Shown here one piece after another: positions 45,003 through 55,256 of a stretch of DNA of 64,000 nt (positions within the stretch are counted from its first letter, which is position 1; every line of letters begins with the position of its first letter). The stretch is from Candidatus Bathyarchaeota archaeon (lineage in GTDB: Archaea; Thermoproteota; Bathyarchaeia; 40CM-2-53-6; JALHTG01): NCBI GenBank assembly GCA_022865705.1, contig JALHTG010000108.1, positions 627 through 64,626 on the forward strand. The letters are read 5' to 3'. The translations under genes were made by a program, and so were the position numbers. The notes beneath the pieces are model-generated. The model did no database searches. It was not told the origin of the DNA and saw only the letters and a list, made by a program, of their open reading frames with translations.

Positions 45003-46175
45003 ATGAATACTTGTCCACTTTGTCATCAAGATAATGCCACAAGTTTCATACGAATTGACGACTTCCCGTTGCTTCTGTTTCCAGTGTCAGAGTACCTGAA
45101 GAACAAGATTGAGAAGAAACGATTGGAAACGTACATATGCGCAGACTGTAACCACATTTTCCGGAGCCCTATCACAGAGGAAGATGCACAACTAATATAC
45201 AACAACTACTACGCCTTCTATCCTTTCGAAAATCTAGAATCGATGAATGAGCCCTACAGAATCCCATTCAGACGAGTCTTTCACGATGTTTACCCGACAA
45301 TCCAGCGACCGGCCACTCTTCTTGAGGTTGGATGCGGGTCAAGTGAACAACTAGGTTTCTTCAGAACCTACGGTATCAAAGCATTCGGGATAGATCGATC
45401 CGTATTCGTCGACAAATCGAGTTCAGACATCATCTCTGGCGTGTATGAGGAATACGATTTCCCACACAGGTTCGACACAATTGTTTCCCGATTTAGCCTA
45501 GAACACCTCAATGATGTTCACGGATTCTTTCGCAAAGTCGAGCAGGATTTGAATGCAGACGGCGTGCTGTTCATACAGGTCCCCAATGTGTATGCTTTCG
45601 CCGGTAGCCTGATTCCGCTCTTCTTGGCCCATGAGCATATACACTATTTCAACCCATATTCACTGCATGTTGCTGCGGTGGAGAACGGCTTTCAAGTGGT
45701 CGCGGCCCATTACGATGGTTCTCAGAGCATAATATTTGCGCTCAGAAGGGAAGATGCGCCGATAAGACAGAGGCCGATGATCATTCCAAAGGTTCCAGAT
45801 GGGTTCTACAGAGATTACCTAGAACGAAGAAGGGTTCTCGCACAGGATTTGACATCAGTCCTCTCTAGGACGAATCATTGTTACTTCTACGGTGCAGGTC
45901 TGTCACTGTGTTGGATATTGTATGAGCTTAAGGCTATGGAAAAGCTGGTCAACGTAGCCGTCATCGACGATAACTGCCTTGCACAGGGAAAATTCCTTCC
46001 TCACACATCATACAGGATAGCTAACTTGGAAGATGCAAAATTCCGTAAACATTCTACCATGATTCTCAGCATGAACCCTGTTTATCACAAGAACGTAATC
46101 TCCAAGATTCGCGCATCCGATTTTCAAGGCGAAGTATATAATATCAGCAACGTTGGCTTGTCAAAGTTGATCTAG
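45003..46175 (+). CDS. Zinc-ribbon plus SAM methyltransferase plus C-terminal C-methyltransferase-like domain (NDP-hexose C-methyltransferase-like)
   Basis: CPLCH...CADCNH zinc-binding N-terminus. LLEVGCGSSEQLGFF motif I. Extra ~130-aa C-terminal domain. Confidence 0.55.
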   Translation: MNTCPLCHQDNATSFIRIDDFPLLLFPVSEYLKNKIEKKRLETYICADCNHIFRSPITEEDAQLIYNNYYAFYPFENLESMNEPYRIPFRRVFHDVYPTIQRPATLLEVGCGSSEQLGFFRTYGIKAFGIDRSVFVDKSSSDIISGVYEEYDFPHRFDTIVSRFSLEHLNDVHGFFRKVEQDLNADGVLFIQVPNVYAFAGSLIPLFLAHEHIHYFNPYSLHVAAVENGFQVVAAHYDGSQSIIFALRREDAPIRQRPMIIPKVPDGFYRDYLERRRVLAQDLTSVLSRTNHCYFYGAGLSLCWILYELKAMEKLVNVAVIDDNCLAQGKFLPHTSYRIANLEDAKFRKHSTMILSMNPVYHKNVISKIRASDFQGEVYNISNVGLSKLI

Positions 46176-46389
46176 TGGCTATGCCAGAGTTCTACGCAAC
46201 GTAAGTCGTATGGGCCAAGGAGACAGACCGATCGTCTTGGGAACAGCAAATCAAACTGAACAGTTGTCCTGGGTGGCAAGACACGCTTGTCTGGAAGACT
46301 GAAGAGACTTCGGAATGGTTCGGGACTGGTTAATTTGGCGCATGGTAGTACAGGTAGGGTTCGAAAGGAAGCGTTAAGAATAAGCGAAT

Positions 46390-47127
46390 GTGCGAGGCGT
46401 TCCTCCTGAGGTAGCACCAGTGCTCATCGGATTTCTCTCAGATGCTCACGGCAACCCATTCGGCCTCGTTTCCTGTTACAGCCGACTGCGTTCTGAAGGA
46501 GCGGAGCGAATATGCTTTCTTGGTGATGCTGTCGGCTATTGGCCTCATAGCACGGCAGTACTGAAGGAATTGATGAGTCTGGAAGTGCCATGCATCATGG
46601 GAAATCATGACGCCATGCTTCTTGGGTTGCTGCCCATTCCTGAGGAGAAGGAGAAGACTTACCGTTTGAAACCTGCAGCGCTCTCCGTTTCGGCAACAAC
46701 AAAAAGAATGATGACCGATGAATGGCCTCTCAAACGCGAGCTAATATTCGATGGAAAACGAATACTGCTTGTACACGGACGCCCGACTAACCCTCTGGAG
46801 GGATACCTATACGAAAAAGACTTGGCTTTGCCTGGGGAACCTGACGCTTTCGATGTCATAGCCATGGGACATACTCATCATGCCTTCGTCAAACATGAAA
46901 GGAAGGTGTTATGGTTGAATGCCGGATCTTGTGGGTTGCCCAGAGATATAGGATACATGGCTAGTTGCATGCTCTACGATAGTGTTCTGCATTCTGCAAG
47001 AATACTGCGCGTGGAGATGGATACGGAGAGTCTGCTCGCCTCCTGTACCCTAGGGTCAGTAGCGCCAGAAGTAATTGAATGCCTGGACAGGAATGCGAAG
47101 CACAAACTCAAACATTCACCTCCATAG
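46390..47127 (+). CDS. Calcineurin-like metallophosphoesterase (YfcE-like)
   Basis: SDAHGN, FLGDAVGYWP, GNHD, GHTHH motifs in order. The true start may be GTG at 46420. Confidence 0.8.
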   Translation: MRGVPPEVAPVLIGFLSDAHGNPFGLVSCYSRLRSEGAERICFLGDAVGYWPHSTAVLKELMSLEVPCIMGNHDAMLLGLLPIPEEKEKTYRLKPAALSVSATTKRMMTDEWPLKRELIFDGKRILLVHGRPTNPLEGYLYEKDLALPGEPDAFDVIAMGHTHHAFVKHERKVLWLNAGSCGLPRDIGYMASCMLYDSVLHSARILRVEMDTESLLASCTLGSVAPEVIECLDRNAKHKLKHSPP

Positions 47128-47247
47128 AAGTAATGGACAGTCTGTCGACTGGAGTTTCTGACCTCCGGCGTCTCGTCTCACTTAGGCCACAGTTGGAAAC
47201 TAATCTTATTAGGAACAGTCGCGCCACTCACGGCGCTTGGATGATCA

Positions 47248-48357
47248 ATGCAGCAAAGCAAGAGTGCAGGTCCCAAGATACCAGTAATGGTGACGGGAAT
47301 AGGTGGTGGAGGACATGGAGAACAAATCCTCAAAGCGCTACGTATGGCAAATACGCCTTACGAGATCGTTGGTTGCGACCTATCTCCCTATAGCAAGGGA
47401 CTGAAGGAAGTTGATCATCCGTACCTGGTTCCACCCGCAAGAGATCCTCAGTACATTGATACCATTCTCCGACTTTGCACTAAACACAAAGTAAGAGCAC
47501 TGTTTCACGGTTCGGAACCAGAGCTCCTAGCGATGAGCCGTAATCGAGAGGTGTTCATTCGAGAAGGCATATTCCTTCCTATCAACCCAGAACACGTTAT
47601 TGAGACGTGCATGAGTAAATCCAAGACTTTTCAGTTCTTGGAAAAGAATGGATTTCTATACCCCAAAACGCGGGTTGTGAAAGATCCTGGTGACCTGAAC
47701 GAATGGTCATACATACCCGCAATCTTGAAACCCTCAGTAGGTAGTGGCGGAAGTGCTCACACTTTCATTGCTCAAAGTAGAGAAGAGTTGAAGATCCTTG
47801 CGACCTATATGCTGAATTCGAAGGTTTGTCCAGAGATGATTGTTCAAGAATACAAGGGTACTCCAGAGACGGAATTCACGGTTGGTGTCTTGTTTGACAT
47901 GGACGGAACCTTTCTGAACTCTATTGCGGTCAGACGAGACCTGCGATCCTCTTTGAGCTGCAGGACGCGCGTCATGAATCGAACCGGTCTTTCAGAATAT
48001 GGTCAATACCTATCGGTGAGTACTGGGATATCCCAGGGAGAGATTGGGCCTTTTCCGGAAGTGACTGGCCCCTGTGAGAAAATAGCCAAGGCTCTCGGTG
48101 CTTGTGGTGCCATCAATATTCAATGCCGCATTCACTTAAGTGATGTATATGTTTTTGAGATAAACCCGCGTTTCTCCGGAACCACCTCAATAAGGGCCGT
48201 CGTAGGATACAACGAGCCGGATATTCTGATAAGAAAGCACGTTCTTGGTGAAAGTATTGCGGCTCGATTTCCATACAAAACTGGCATGGTAGTGCGAGGA
48301 CTCGTAGAAACACTCTTTGAGAAAGACGACGTCGACAGATGGGTTAGAGCTCTTTGA
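47248..48357 (+). CDS. ATP-grasp enzyme (carbamoyl-phosphate-synthase-L-like ligase)
   Basis: 369 aa. IPVMVTGIGGGG pre-ATP-grasp Rossmann-like start, ILKPSVGSGGS, FEINPRFSGT. Confidence 0.7.
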   Translation: MQQSKSAGPKIPVMVTGIGGGGHGEQILKALRMANTPYEIVGCDLSPYSKGLKEVDHPYLVPPARDPQYIDTILRLCTKHKVRALFHGSEPELLAMSRNREVFIREGIFLPINPEHVIETCMSKSKTFQFLEKNGFLYPKTRVVKDPGDLNEWSYIPAILKPSVGSGGSAHTFIAQSREELKILATYMLNSKVCPEMIVQEYKGTPETEFTVGVLFDMDGTFLNSIAVRRDLRSSLSCRTRVMNRTGLSEYGQYLSVSTGISQGEIGPFPEVTGPCEKIAKALGACGAINIQCRIHLSDVYVFEINPRFSGTTSIRAVVGYNEPDILIRKHVLGESIAARFPYKTGMVVRGLVETLFEKDDVDRWVRAL

Positions 48358-48458
48358 GCGGAGTCCCTCTCATCCTCATCCAATGCCATCACAAGTGGAT
48401 TGATGAGCCAGCTCGGAATCCGGGCGTCGTCCGCCATTCTATCCTTTCTGCCAATACA

Positions 48459-48947
48459 TCATTGAATCGGCCTTCTTCTTGGGGTTCCAACCATCCCGCC
48501 TCCTAGCAGGATCCTCAGCTTCTTCTGAATGTCCCTTATCTCAGATTCCTCTTCAACGGTCAGAAGTTTTCTGTCTTTCGAAATCCTCGCTAGCAAGTCT
48601 ATGACTTTCAGATAGAGAGGCATGACGACTTCCGTCTGATATCCTGGGGTCAGCTTGTAGGCATAAGGATTGGCTTCGACGCTTATGTCTAGCTCACTTG
48701 AATAAGCTCTACTTCCTTTCATGTGCAACCAACCAACGATCACGGCCAATGGAAAACCTAGAAGCACAGCCGGTATGACAAAGACAGAGAAATACGGAAA
48801 TATGACCGAGAGATCGGGGATGTTCCTGATAAGGAGGTAGTATATGACCGTCAACGTATTCACTGCCCCCAAGAGAAAACTCAGATACGTCGAGTAACCC
48901 ATTCTAAAATAGTACCAGAAGCGCATCATATACCTGTGCCACTTCAT
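48459..48947 (-). CDS. Small membrane protein (3 TM plus soluble tail), unknown
   Basis: 162 aa. Immediately downstream of the radical SAM gene on the same strand. Confidence 0.4.
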   Translation of the reverse strand: MKWHRYMMRFWYYFRMGYSTYLSFLLGAVNTLTVIYYLLIRNIPDLSVIFPYFSVFVIPAVLLGFPLAVIVGWLHMKGSRAYSSELDISVEANPYAYKLTPGYQTEVVMPLYLKVIDLLARISKDRKLLTVEEESEIRDIQKKLRILLGGGMVGTPRRRPIQ

Positions 48948-48994
48948 TTCCTAACACCTATCGTTTCACTTGGATTGAGACAAAGGATGGGATC

Positions 48995-50083
48995 TTATAA
49001 CATTCCACAATCCCTACATTCTGTCGGAATGTCATCAGACAACAATGCCTCCCTAAAAGATTGGAATTCGTCATTATTCCATATTGCGCTGTAATCTTCT
49101 CTTGTCAGGTCTCCGAATTCTTTGTGGTGAATGGCACAACAGGGACGCACCTTTCCGTTCTCTTTGACTACTAGGTATATCCAGAGTTGCTCGCAGTATT
49201 CTCTGGCTTTGGGTTGCTCTAGTCTAGGGAGGCTTATTGGCATCTTCAGTTTCTCTGAGAGTGTCTTAGCCCTTCCGAACAGTCCTCGCATCTCCTTCTT
49301 TTCTCCTTCATCTGCCAGTCGCAGAGACTCGTATCTTTTTGATATGCCGACATCAAAGGAGTACTGTATATCGCAGAAGATCACTTGATCTGCACCCACC
49401 TCTGATGCTAACCTCACCATGTCCTCTATCTCACGATAGTTCCTTCTCATCAGTATGGAATTGATGTTCACCCGAAGTTTCGATTGCATCTTGTTTCTTT
49501 GGTCAACGAGGTTCTTGGCACGTGCTTTTACGTCCTCGAGTTCTGCTCCAACCCTAATCGATCTATAAGTTTCAGGATTGCCGCTGTCGATAGAAATATG
49601 AACAACATCTAGACCTGACTCAAGAATCTTCCCGATGTTTGCCTTGTTCAACAGCGTCCCGTTAGTTGTTATGAGAGCGCTCATCTTCCTGTCTTTCAGG
49701 TGTCTTATCATTCTGAAGAGGTCCTTGTGAAGCATTGGTTCTCCTAGGCCTGCGAGCTGTGCGCCTTTGAGAAAAGGGAGTTGGTCGATGATTCGGGCAA
49801 ACAGGTCGTACGGCATTTCTGACTCCTGGAAACGCGGGTCGTTACGAGGGCACATCGTACATTTCAGGTTGCATTTGGCTTCAATGTCCATTGTGCAGTA
49901 AAATGGTCTGTAAGGGACATGTGTGAGCAGCGTAGTGCCATTAACCATCCTGCATTTTCTATACAAGAACCGGTTGTAGTTCTGATGCATGGTGTAGTTC
50001 TTCACGGATTGCAGCAGAGAGAGCAGAGAACGTGTCATATCACAACGGGCTCCTTCCGATATGCGAAGATCGTCTTCGGACAC
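48995..50083 (-). CDS. Radical SAM enzyme with SPASM-type C-terminal Cys cluster
   Basis: CNLKCTMC (Cx3Cx2C). C-terminal CEQ...RPCCAIHH...CRDCG. Confidence 0.8.
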   Translation of the reverse strand: MSEDDLRISEGARCDMTRSLLSLLQSVKNYTMHQNYNRFLYRKCRMVNGTTLLTHVPYRPFYCTMDIEAKCNLKCTMCPRNDPRFQESEMPYDLFARIIDQLPFLKGAQLAGLGEPMLHKDLFRMIRHLKDRKMSALITTNGTLLNKANIGKILESGLDVVHISIDSGNPETYRSIRVGAELEDVKARAKNLVDQRNKMQSKLRVNINSILMRRNYREIEDMVRLASEVGADQVIFCDIQYSFDVGISKRYESLRLADEGEKKEMRGLFGRAKTLSEKLKMPISLPRLEQPKAREYCEQLWIYLVVKENGKVRPCCAIHHKEFGDLTREDYSAIWNNDEFQSFREALLSDDIPTECRDCGML

Positions 50084-50242
50084 CTTGTGAAGCCAACTTA
50101 AATCCCTATTCGTTCAGAAATTCGCGCCCTCTCTTGGACACGCGCTGCGCAGAGGCAAGGCCGCAGATAGGCAGAGCACGCTAAAGCTATAAGAGATCGG
50201 GACCCTAATCGCAACAAATCTGGACAAGAGGTACTCCAGCAC

Positions 50243-50800
50243 ATGTCAGAGCTACAAGAAGATCTGATTGCACTGCAGCAAAAGCTCAGAGAGGAATACA
50301 AGTCAAAATGGAACAGATCTCTTCCATTAGCAGAGGAGGCATTCGGAGACAAAGCTCGTTGGGACAGAGCAAAATTCTTGGGCTTTGGTGAAGGCGCGAG
50401 CATATACCACAACAGCTACGTATACGGCGACGTAAGAGTCGGCAAGAATACGTGGGTAGGGCCTTTCACAATACTGGACGGGAGCGGAGGGTTGAAGATT
50501 GGGGACTTCTGCAGTATCTCAACCGGCGCCCAGATATACACTCACGAAACAGTGGAGTGGGCTCTTACAGGTGGAAAAGCGAAATACAAGTACGCGCCCG
50601 TGAATGTCGGAGATTGTTGCTTCGTGGGCAGCCTGTCCATTATCAGAATGGGAGTGAAGGTAGGAGATCGCGTTATTGTAGGGGCTCACAGCTTCGTCAA
50701 CAGCAACATTCCCAGCAATTCGATAGCCATCGGATGTCCAGCTCGTGTCGTCGGCAAGGTTGAGGTTCAAGGAGATAAAGTGAGGTTCGATTACAAGTGA
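50243..50800 (+). CDS. Left-handed beta-helix (hexapeptide-repeat) acetyltransferase, WbpD/WbbJ-like
   Basis: Repeating [LIV]G-x4 hexapeptides: VRVGKNTWVGPFT, IGDFCSISTGAQI, VGDCCFVGSLSII, VGDRVIVGAHSFV. Confidence 0.8.
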   Translation: MSELQEDLIALQQKLREEYKSKWNRSLPLAEEAFGDKARWDRAKFLGFGEGASIYHNSYVYGDVRVGKNTWVGPFTILDGSGGLKIGDFCSISTGAQIYTHETVEWALTGGKAKYKYAPVNVGDCCFVGSLSIIRMGVKVGDRVIVGAHSFVNSNIPSNSIAIGCPARVVGKVEVQGDKVRFDYK

Positions 50801-50842
50801 CCAGGCGTCAAGCTCCGAGCTGTTAGGAGTTCCAGCGGTGCG

Positions 50843-52033
50843 TTATCCGATTTCGTTGTACAGAATCTCATGTTCTTGACACATGCGACCCAACGAAAAA
50901 CGTTCTTTCAATAGCTTCTTTGCGTTTTGGCCGATCTCTTCCCTAAGCCTAGCATCAGAGAACAGCTTGATCATCGCCTGAGAGATGTCCTCCAAATTAC
51001 CTGGCCGAACCAGCACAATATTCTTCCAATTCTCCAGTCTAATATCAATGAAGTTGTCCTCTTTTGCCGACGAGAGAACTGGTTTCCCGGCGGCCAAAGC
51101 CTCCAAGCCTGCCAAACCAATACCCAATCCGGAATCAAGATCATGCCCTTCGACCTCGCAGGCCCCTAGGTATGAAGGGACCATGTTGTAGTCTACTTTT
51201 CCGCAGAATACGATCGAGTCTTTTAACCCCAATCGTTCGACTAAACGCACCACCTCCCTGTTGTAGAGTGCCCCTGCAAAAAGAATCTTCAAGTTTGGAA
51301 ATTCCTTCATTACATTAGGTATTGCTTTTACTAGACTCAGCGGATTTCGCAGATTCGAAATGGTTCCCAAAGAAAGAAATACTGGCTCTTTGTCGCCTAT
51401 ACCGTACTTCATCCTGACAGGCCGACCATCGCACTTCTCAAAACGTTGTACATCTACTCCCACAGGAATGAACTTGACAAGCCGTCTGTCCACACCATAT
51501 CTCTTAATCATGTAGTCTCTCATCAGCTTGTCCAAGGCAATCAATCTGTCAACCCTACGAGCTACAAGGTACCTCACGAGAGTCCTGTCGAAAAGCTCGA
51601 ACAGTGAGTTATACAGGAATTGAGGGTGCTCCATCCTTGTGCCTATGGTTAGCACGGTGGGTATCTTCAGCATTTTGCATGCGGCAATGGTCATGAGGGT
51701 TAGGTCAAAGAATTGACCAAACACATGAACAACATCTATCTTGTGTTTCCTGAGAATGCTCGCTATTGCGCCAAAGTTCCCTGGGACTAGATTGCAGTAG
51801 AGTTCCGCGCGATGCAGTATGTTCAGCCTAGGATACCTCACAGACCTCAAGCGGTAGATGGTCAGGCCGTTGAGTCTCTCCACCTGAGGCGTATCATCAA
51901 GCTTTGAGGTAACCACTATGACGGTATGTTCCTTCTTTGATAACTCGTTTGAAAGCAGAAAGGCCGCTCTTGCAGTTCCACTTATGTGAGGAAAGAAGAG
52001 TGTATTCACGACACATATGTTCATGTCTGGCAC
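50843..52033 (-). CDS. Glycosyltransferase, GT-B fold (family 4-like)
   Basis: ICVVNTLFFPHISGTARAA N-terminus. GIGLAGLEALAAGKPVLSS C-terminal motif. Confidence 0.8.
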   Translation of the reverse strand: MPDMNICVVNTLFFPHISGTARAAFLLSNELSKKEHTVIVVTSKLDDTPQVERLNGLTIYRLRSVRYPRLNILHRAELYCNLVPGNFGAIASILRKHKIDVVHVFGQFFDLTLMTIAACKMLKIPTVLTIGTRMEHPQFLYNSLFELFDRTLVRYLVARRVDRLIALDKLMRDYMIKRYGVDRRLVKFIPVGVDVQRFEKCDGRPVRMKYGIGDKEPVFLSLGTISNLRNPLSLVKAIPNVMKEFPNLKILFAGALYNREVVRLVERLGLKDSIVFCGKVDYNMVPSYLGACEVEGHDLDSGLGIGLAGLEALAAGKPVLSSAKEDNFIDIRLENWKNIVLVRPGNLEDISQAMIKLFSDARLREEIGQNAKKLLKERFSLGRMCQEHEILYNEIG

Positions 52034-52100
52034 CGGGATCGCGCACTTCGGTTACCGAGTCGACTAGCCCTCGGACTTCGTGGGAAGCCACTATATAAGC

Positions 52101-53855
52101 TCAAGCGCGAACATATTCGATAGACACAGAAGGCAGCCTAAGCACCGAAACCTGGTCGTTCCGGTATACTTGTTCACATCCTTTGGAGGCCAGGAACTTG
52201 TTCACCAGTAGCTGTTCCATCATCGTTTTCTTGGGAGGAGGCGGTTCGTTTCCCGTAGCCGATTCTGAGCTTACTTTTCTTACGCCGCTGATGAAGTAGA
52301 TGTCTGCGCCTTGACCATCAGAACCTATTCTACCTTGACGTTGGTCAGAAACCAGCTCAGGATACATTATTGTGACATTCGCAAGGACGAATCTTCCATC
52401 ATCCACCAGATCTCTTATGCTGACCATTGTTCTTCGACTCACAGTCGCATGATGTGTCAGTATCCCCTCTTCGACTCCCACCGTTAAGACTATGGAATTC
52501 TTCGGAGCATTATCTCGAACATATGCTAAGCCATAATACTCCTCATCAGTCAAGAACTTGACGTAGTAGTGACTCTCAAGAAATCCTATCCCTTTTCCAC
52601 TCCAAGCCTTGTAGTAGTTTATGCCACTCATGTTTGCGATACATACGAGAATAGTAATAACCACCGGTATCGCTTTCGAGAAGCGCCTGCTTCGCACCAC
52701 TTCGAAGGATTGCGTCAGGAACCTCTGCAGAACCTTTGGTGCCCTTGCGAGGGCTCCGCTGGCGAAAGCTGCAACCGGCATCGTTACGTAGCTGAATACG
52801 TAAAGTCTAGTGATCCCTGTGCCAGCCATACCAGTAACATTGTAAGTCATCTCAAGTGTGAATGCCAAAAGACCCAATGCAACCAAATATGCTACCAGGA
52901 ATCTGATCTCCCTCTTCATTTCCTTCACAGGTCTTCCGAAAACAACGAGGCCGGCGAGTCCCAAGAACGCAAGAATCACCATTGTGTATCCGAGTGTTGA
53001 GAGGGAGACTGCCCCGAGCTTTCCAATGGAGTATCCTAAAGCATAGACAAGACCGGACAATGATACTCCACGCTGAGCCTGATATCCAGGGAACGTGGCG
53101 GTGAAATAGGTCTGGACGATTGGTCCCAGGACCCAGAAGTACCATAAGACTCCGCTGAGCAATACGGCCGGTGCTACCACGACTCCAAGAACCTGCAGGT
53201 CCCTCTTTCTCTCCCCAAATCTGCCCAAGATCGGAAGCAGTACAATGAACACAGCTAAGATCACCAGTGTGAAGTGGTAGAACAGGATCGTGACTGTCAT
53301 GAGTATTGCTGCGTATGCTCTGTAGGTCCATCTGTCAGTCTTGAGGCTCCTCAAAAGGTAGTACAAAGTAAAGGCGAGCAGAGTATGCGAGAGACCTTCC
53401 GGTGTTCCTATGGAACCTCTCATGAAATGCCATCGCGAGGTGACTGTGAGAAGCGCTGTCGTTACAGCCACTCCACGAGACTCGAATATCTCATTCATCA
53501 GCAAGTAGATCGGGATGACAGACAGCGACGATACTATAGGCAGATATCGAATCACGTCATAGGCATCTATGCCCAGTGACGCTACGCTCGCTATCATATA
53601 CAGGAAGGTTGGAGGATAACCGGTCTTAGCGAAAAAAAGGTCAAGCTGACCTGCAGCTAGATACTGACGGGTCTGAACCACCCACCCCCACGGATCCAGA
53701 GCACCTATCACAGGAGACAATACAGGATCGTAGGCCTTCAGGAGAAGTGCAAAAGCCGCCACCAATAGCAGCTGATAGTTTCTGGACACGAGCATCTCAT
53801 CAGACCTCGGTCGTAACAGGTGCACTATTAAGATTTGCTCTGACTTGACCGACAC
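52101..53855 (-). CDS. Polytopic membrane protein with C-terminal soluble domain, candidate GT-C-fold glycosyltransferase
   Basis: 584 aa with >=10 TM segments, then a ~180-aa soluble tail. No WWDYG-type OST motif seen. Confidence 0.4.
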   Translation of the reverse strand: MSVKSEQILIVHLLRPRSDEMLVSRNYQLLLVAAFALLLKAYDPVLSPVIGALDPWGWVVQTRQYLAAGQLDLFFAKTGYPPTFLYMIASVASLGIDAYDVIRYLPIVSSLSVIPIYLLMNEIFESRGVAVTTALLTVTSRWHFMRGSIGTPEGLSHTLLAFTLYYLLRSLKTDRWTYRAYAAILMTVTILFYHFTLVILAVFIVLLPILGRFGERKRDLQVLGVVVAPAVLLSGVLWYFWVLGPIVQTYFTATFPGYQAQRGVSLSGLVYALGYSIGKLGAVSLSTLGYTMVILAFLGLAGLVVFGRPVKEMKREIRFLVAYLVALGLLAFTLEMTYNVTGMAGTGITRLYVFSYVTMPVAAFASGALARAPKVLQRFLTQSFEVVRSRRFSKAIPVVITILVCIANMSGINYYKAWSGKGIGFLESHYYVKFLTDEEYYGLAYVRDNAPKNSIVLTVGVEEGILTHHATVSRRTMVSIRDLVDDGRFVLANVTIMYPELVSDQRQGRIGSDGQGADIYFISGVRKVSSESATGNEPPPPKKTMMEQLLVNKFLASKGCEQVYRNDQVSVLRLPSVSIEYVRA

Positions 53856-53955
53856 ATCAGTAAGGAACTCTCAGGATTTTGCAGAGAACAATGTCCAAGA
53901 GGTAGGACACAAGTGCGCTCGCTGCTGGCAATCGAGTGTCTTTGGTCTGTGTTGT

Positions 53956-55071
53956 TTATGCTTTCGCTTCAATCTCTTTGAACAGTTCAGTCATAATCTT
54001 CTCTGGAACTATGTTTTCGCTTTCTGCTCTTCGCAGAGCTTCCTCTCTTGTTACCATGTCTTCCCTCGTCATGTTACTCAAAATATCATCTTTTTCCGTG
54101 AACCCAACACTCTTCTTCAGAAGATAGTTCTTCAGATAGCCAAGTCGGCAGTCCGTGCGCCAAGTAGAGGTGCTGCCCCCTGGCTCAACCCAGTCCAGTT
54201 CTTTCTTTACCGTCGACAATATTTCTTCTTCACACCATTCGACATATTGAAAGAGCTGCAATACTGTCTGATGTGGATAGAACAGTTTTCGAATCGTTTC
54301 GAGGTTGAAGAAGTAGAAGAATTCCTCCATGTATACGATGCCATTGATAGGCTTCAGAAAGTAGAGCGGATTCCTTCCTATCTCATACAGCAGGCCTAGT
54401 GCAAGGGAAATGGTCTTGCTTCTTTCTTCACTCCATAGTTTTCCAAATCGATTCCTAGTAAGAAACGTTTCCTTGAAGCGATTAGCCTCTATTGAAGTCC
54501 CGGCACCCAGAACGACAAGAGGAACCCTGTTCTTCTCGGCGCATCTCAGTAGTCCACGGAACATTCCAAGCCTGCAACCACAACATATCATAGGAATCAT
54601 GGCAGGGGACGGCCTGCGCAACCATGAATGGAAGTTGTGCCGTATACAATCCTGCAGGAGCCTATGTCTCTCAACAATAAGATCCACATTCAGCTTGGCT
54701 GTAATCCTTTTCATATTGAGTTTTGACTCTTCGGGAACAAACCCGTTATCTGCAGTGTAGGCGAGTACCCTCAGGTTGCACTTCTTCACAAGATAATACA
54801 GTGCATAGGAACTATCTCTTCCTCCACTTATGCCGAGCACACAATCATATCTACGTCCCTTTCCTCGGAAAGACTCTAGGAGTCTCTCCAACTCCTTCTC
54901 TCCTCTGTATCTCGCCCTCTTGTAGGTGAGGCAATAGCTACAGACTCCTTCGTCATTGAACTCTATCCCCGGGTAAGTTTCCGGCAGAATGCATGTTGCG
55001 CACTTCTTCATCCTGTTATCAGCTGCCCATGTGTCTCCCACGATGCCTCTGCTATTGCAGAACCCGTACAC
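53956..55071 (-). CDS. N-acetyl-sugar amidotransferase (PP-loop, WbuX-like)
   Basis: CATCILPETYPGIEFNDEGVCSYC zinc ribbon, then the LGISGGRDSS PP-loop. The start is probably ATG at 55011. Confidence 0.7.
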   Translation of the reverse strand: MYGFCNSRGIVGDTWAADNRMKKCATCILPETYPGIEFNDEGVCSYCLTYKRARYRGEKELERLLESFRGKGRRYDCVLGISGGRDSSYALYYLVKKCNLRVLAYTADNGFVPEESKLNMKRITAKLNVDLIVERHRLLQDCIRHNFHSWLRRPSPAMIPMICCGCRLGMFRGLLRCAEKNRVPLVVLGAGTSIEANRFKETFLTRNRFGKLWSEERSKTISLALGLLYEIGRNPLYFLKPINGIVYMEEFFYFFNLETIRKLFYPHQTVLQLFQYVEWCEEEILSTVKKELDWVEPGGSTSTWRTDCRLGYLKNYLLKKSVGFTEKDDILSNMTREDMVTREEALRRAESENIVPEKIMTELFKEIEAKA

Positions 55072-55206
55072 AGCACGGCGTCTTCAACTCCAGATACTTA
55101 ACTCTGTGTGAACATGCTGACTGAAAGTACGTAGATGTCCGGAGTGTACGCTTCCTCTATCACTCAGGACTCATGAAGACGAATCAGACATGTCATTCAC
55201 TAATGC

Positions 55207-55226
55207 CAAGTCGCGCGCGCAAGTCG
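55207..55226. repeat. CAAGTCG-CGCGCG-CAAGTCG (CG run flanked by a 7-nt direct repeat)
   Basis: Read directly, in the divergent intergenic region between the amidotransferase and aminotransferase genes. Confidence 0.9.
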
Positions 55227-55256
55227 GAGAATTCTTAAATAGCCAAGAACTGTCCA

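Noticed and set aside
50098-50412. 104-aa minus-strand ORF considered as a precursor peptide for the radical SAM/SPASM enzyme
   Set aside because: It overlaps the acetyltransferase start region on the opposite strand. It is Ser/Cys/Leu-rich in a shadow-ORF manner, with no leader/core organisation.
53845-54399. 184-aa plus-strand ORF
   Set aside because: It is antisense to the PP-loop amidotransferase gene and has no motifs.
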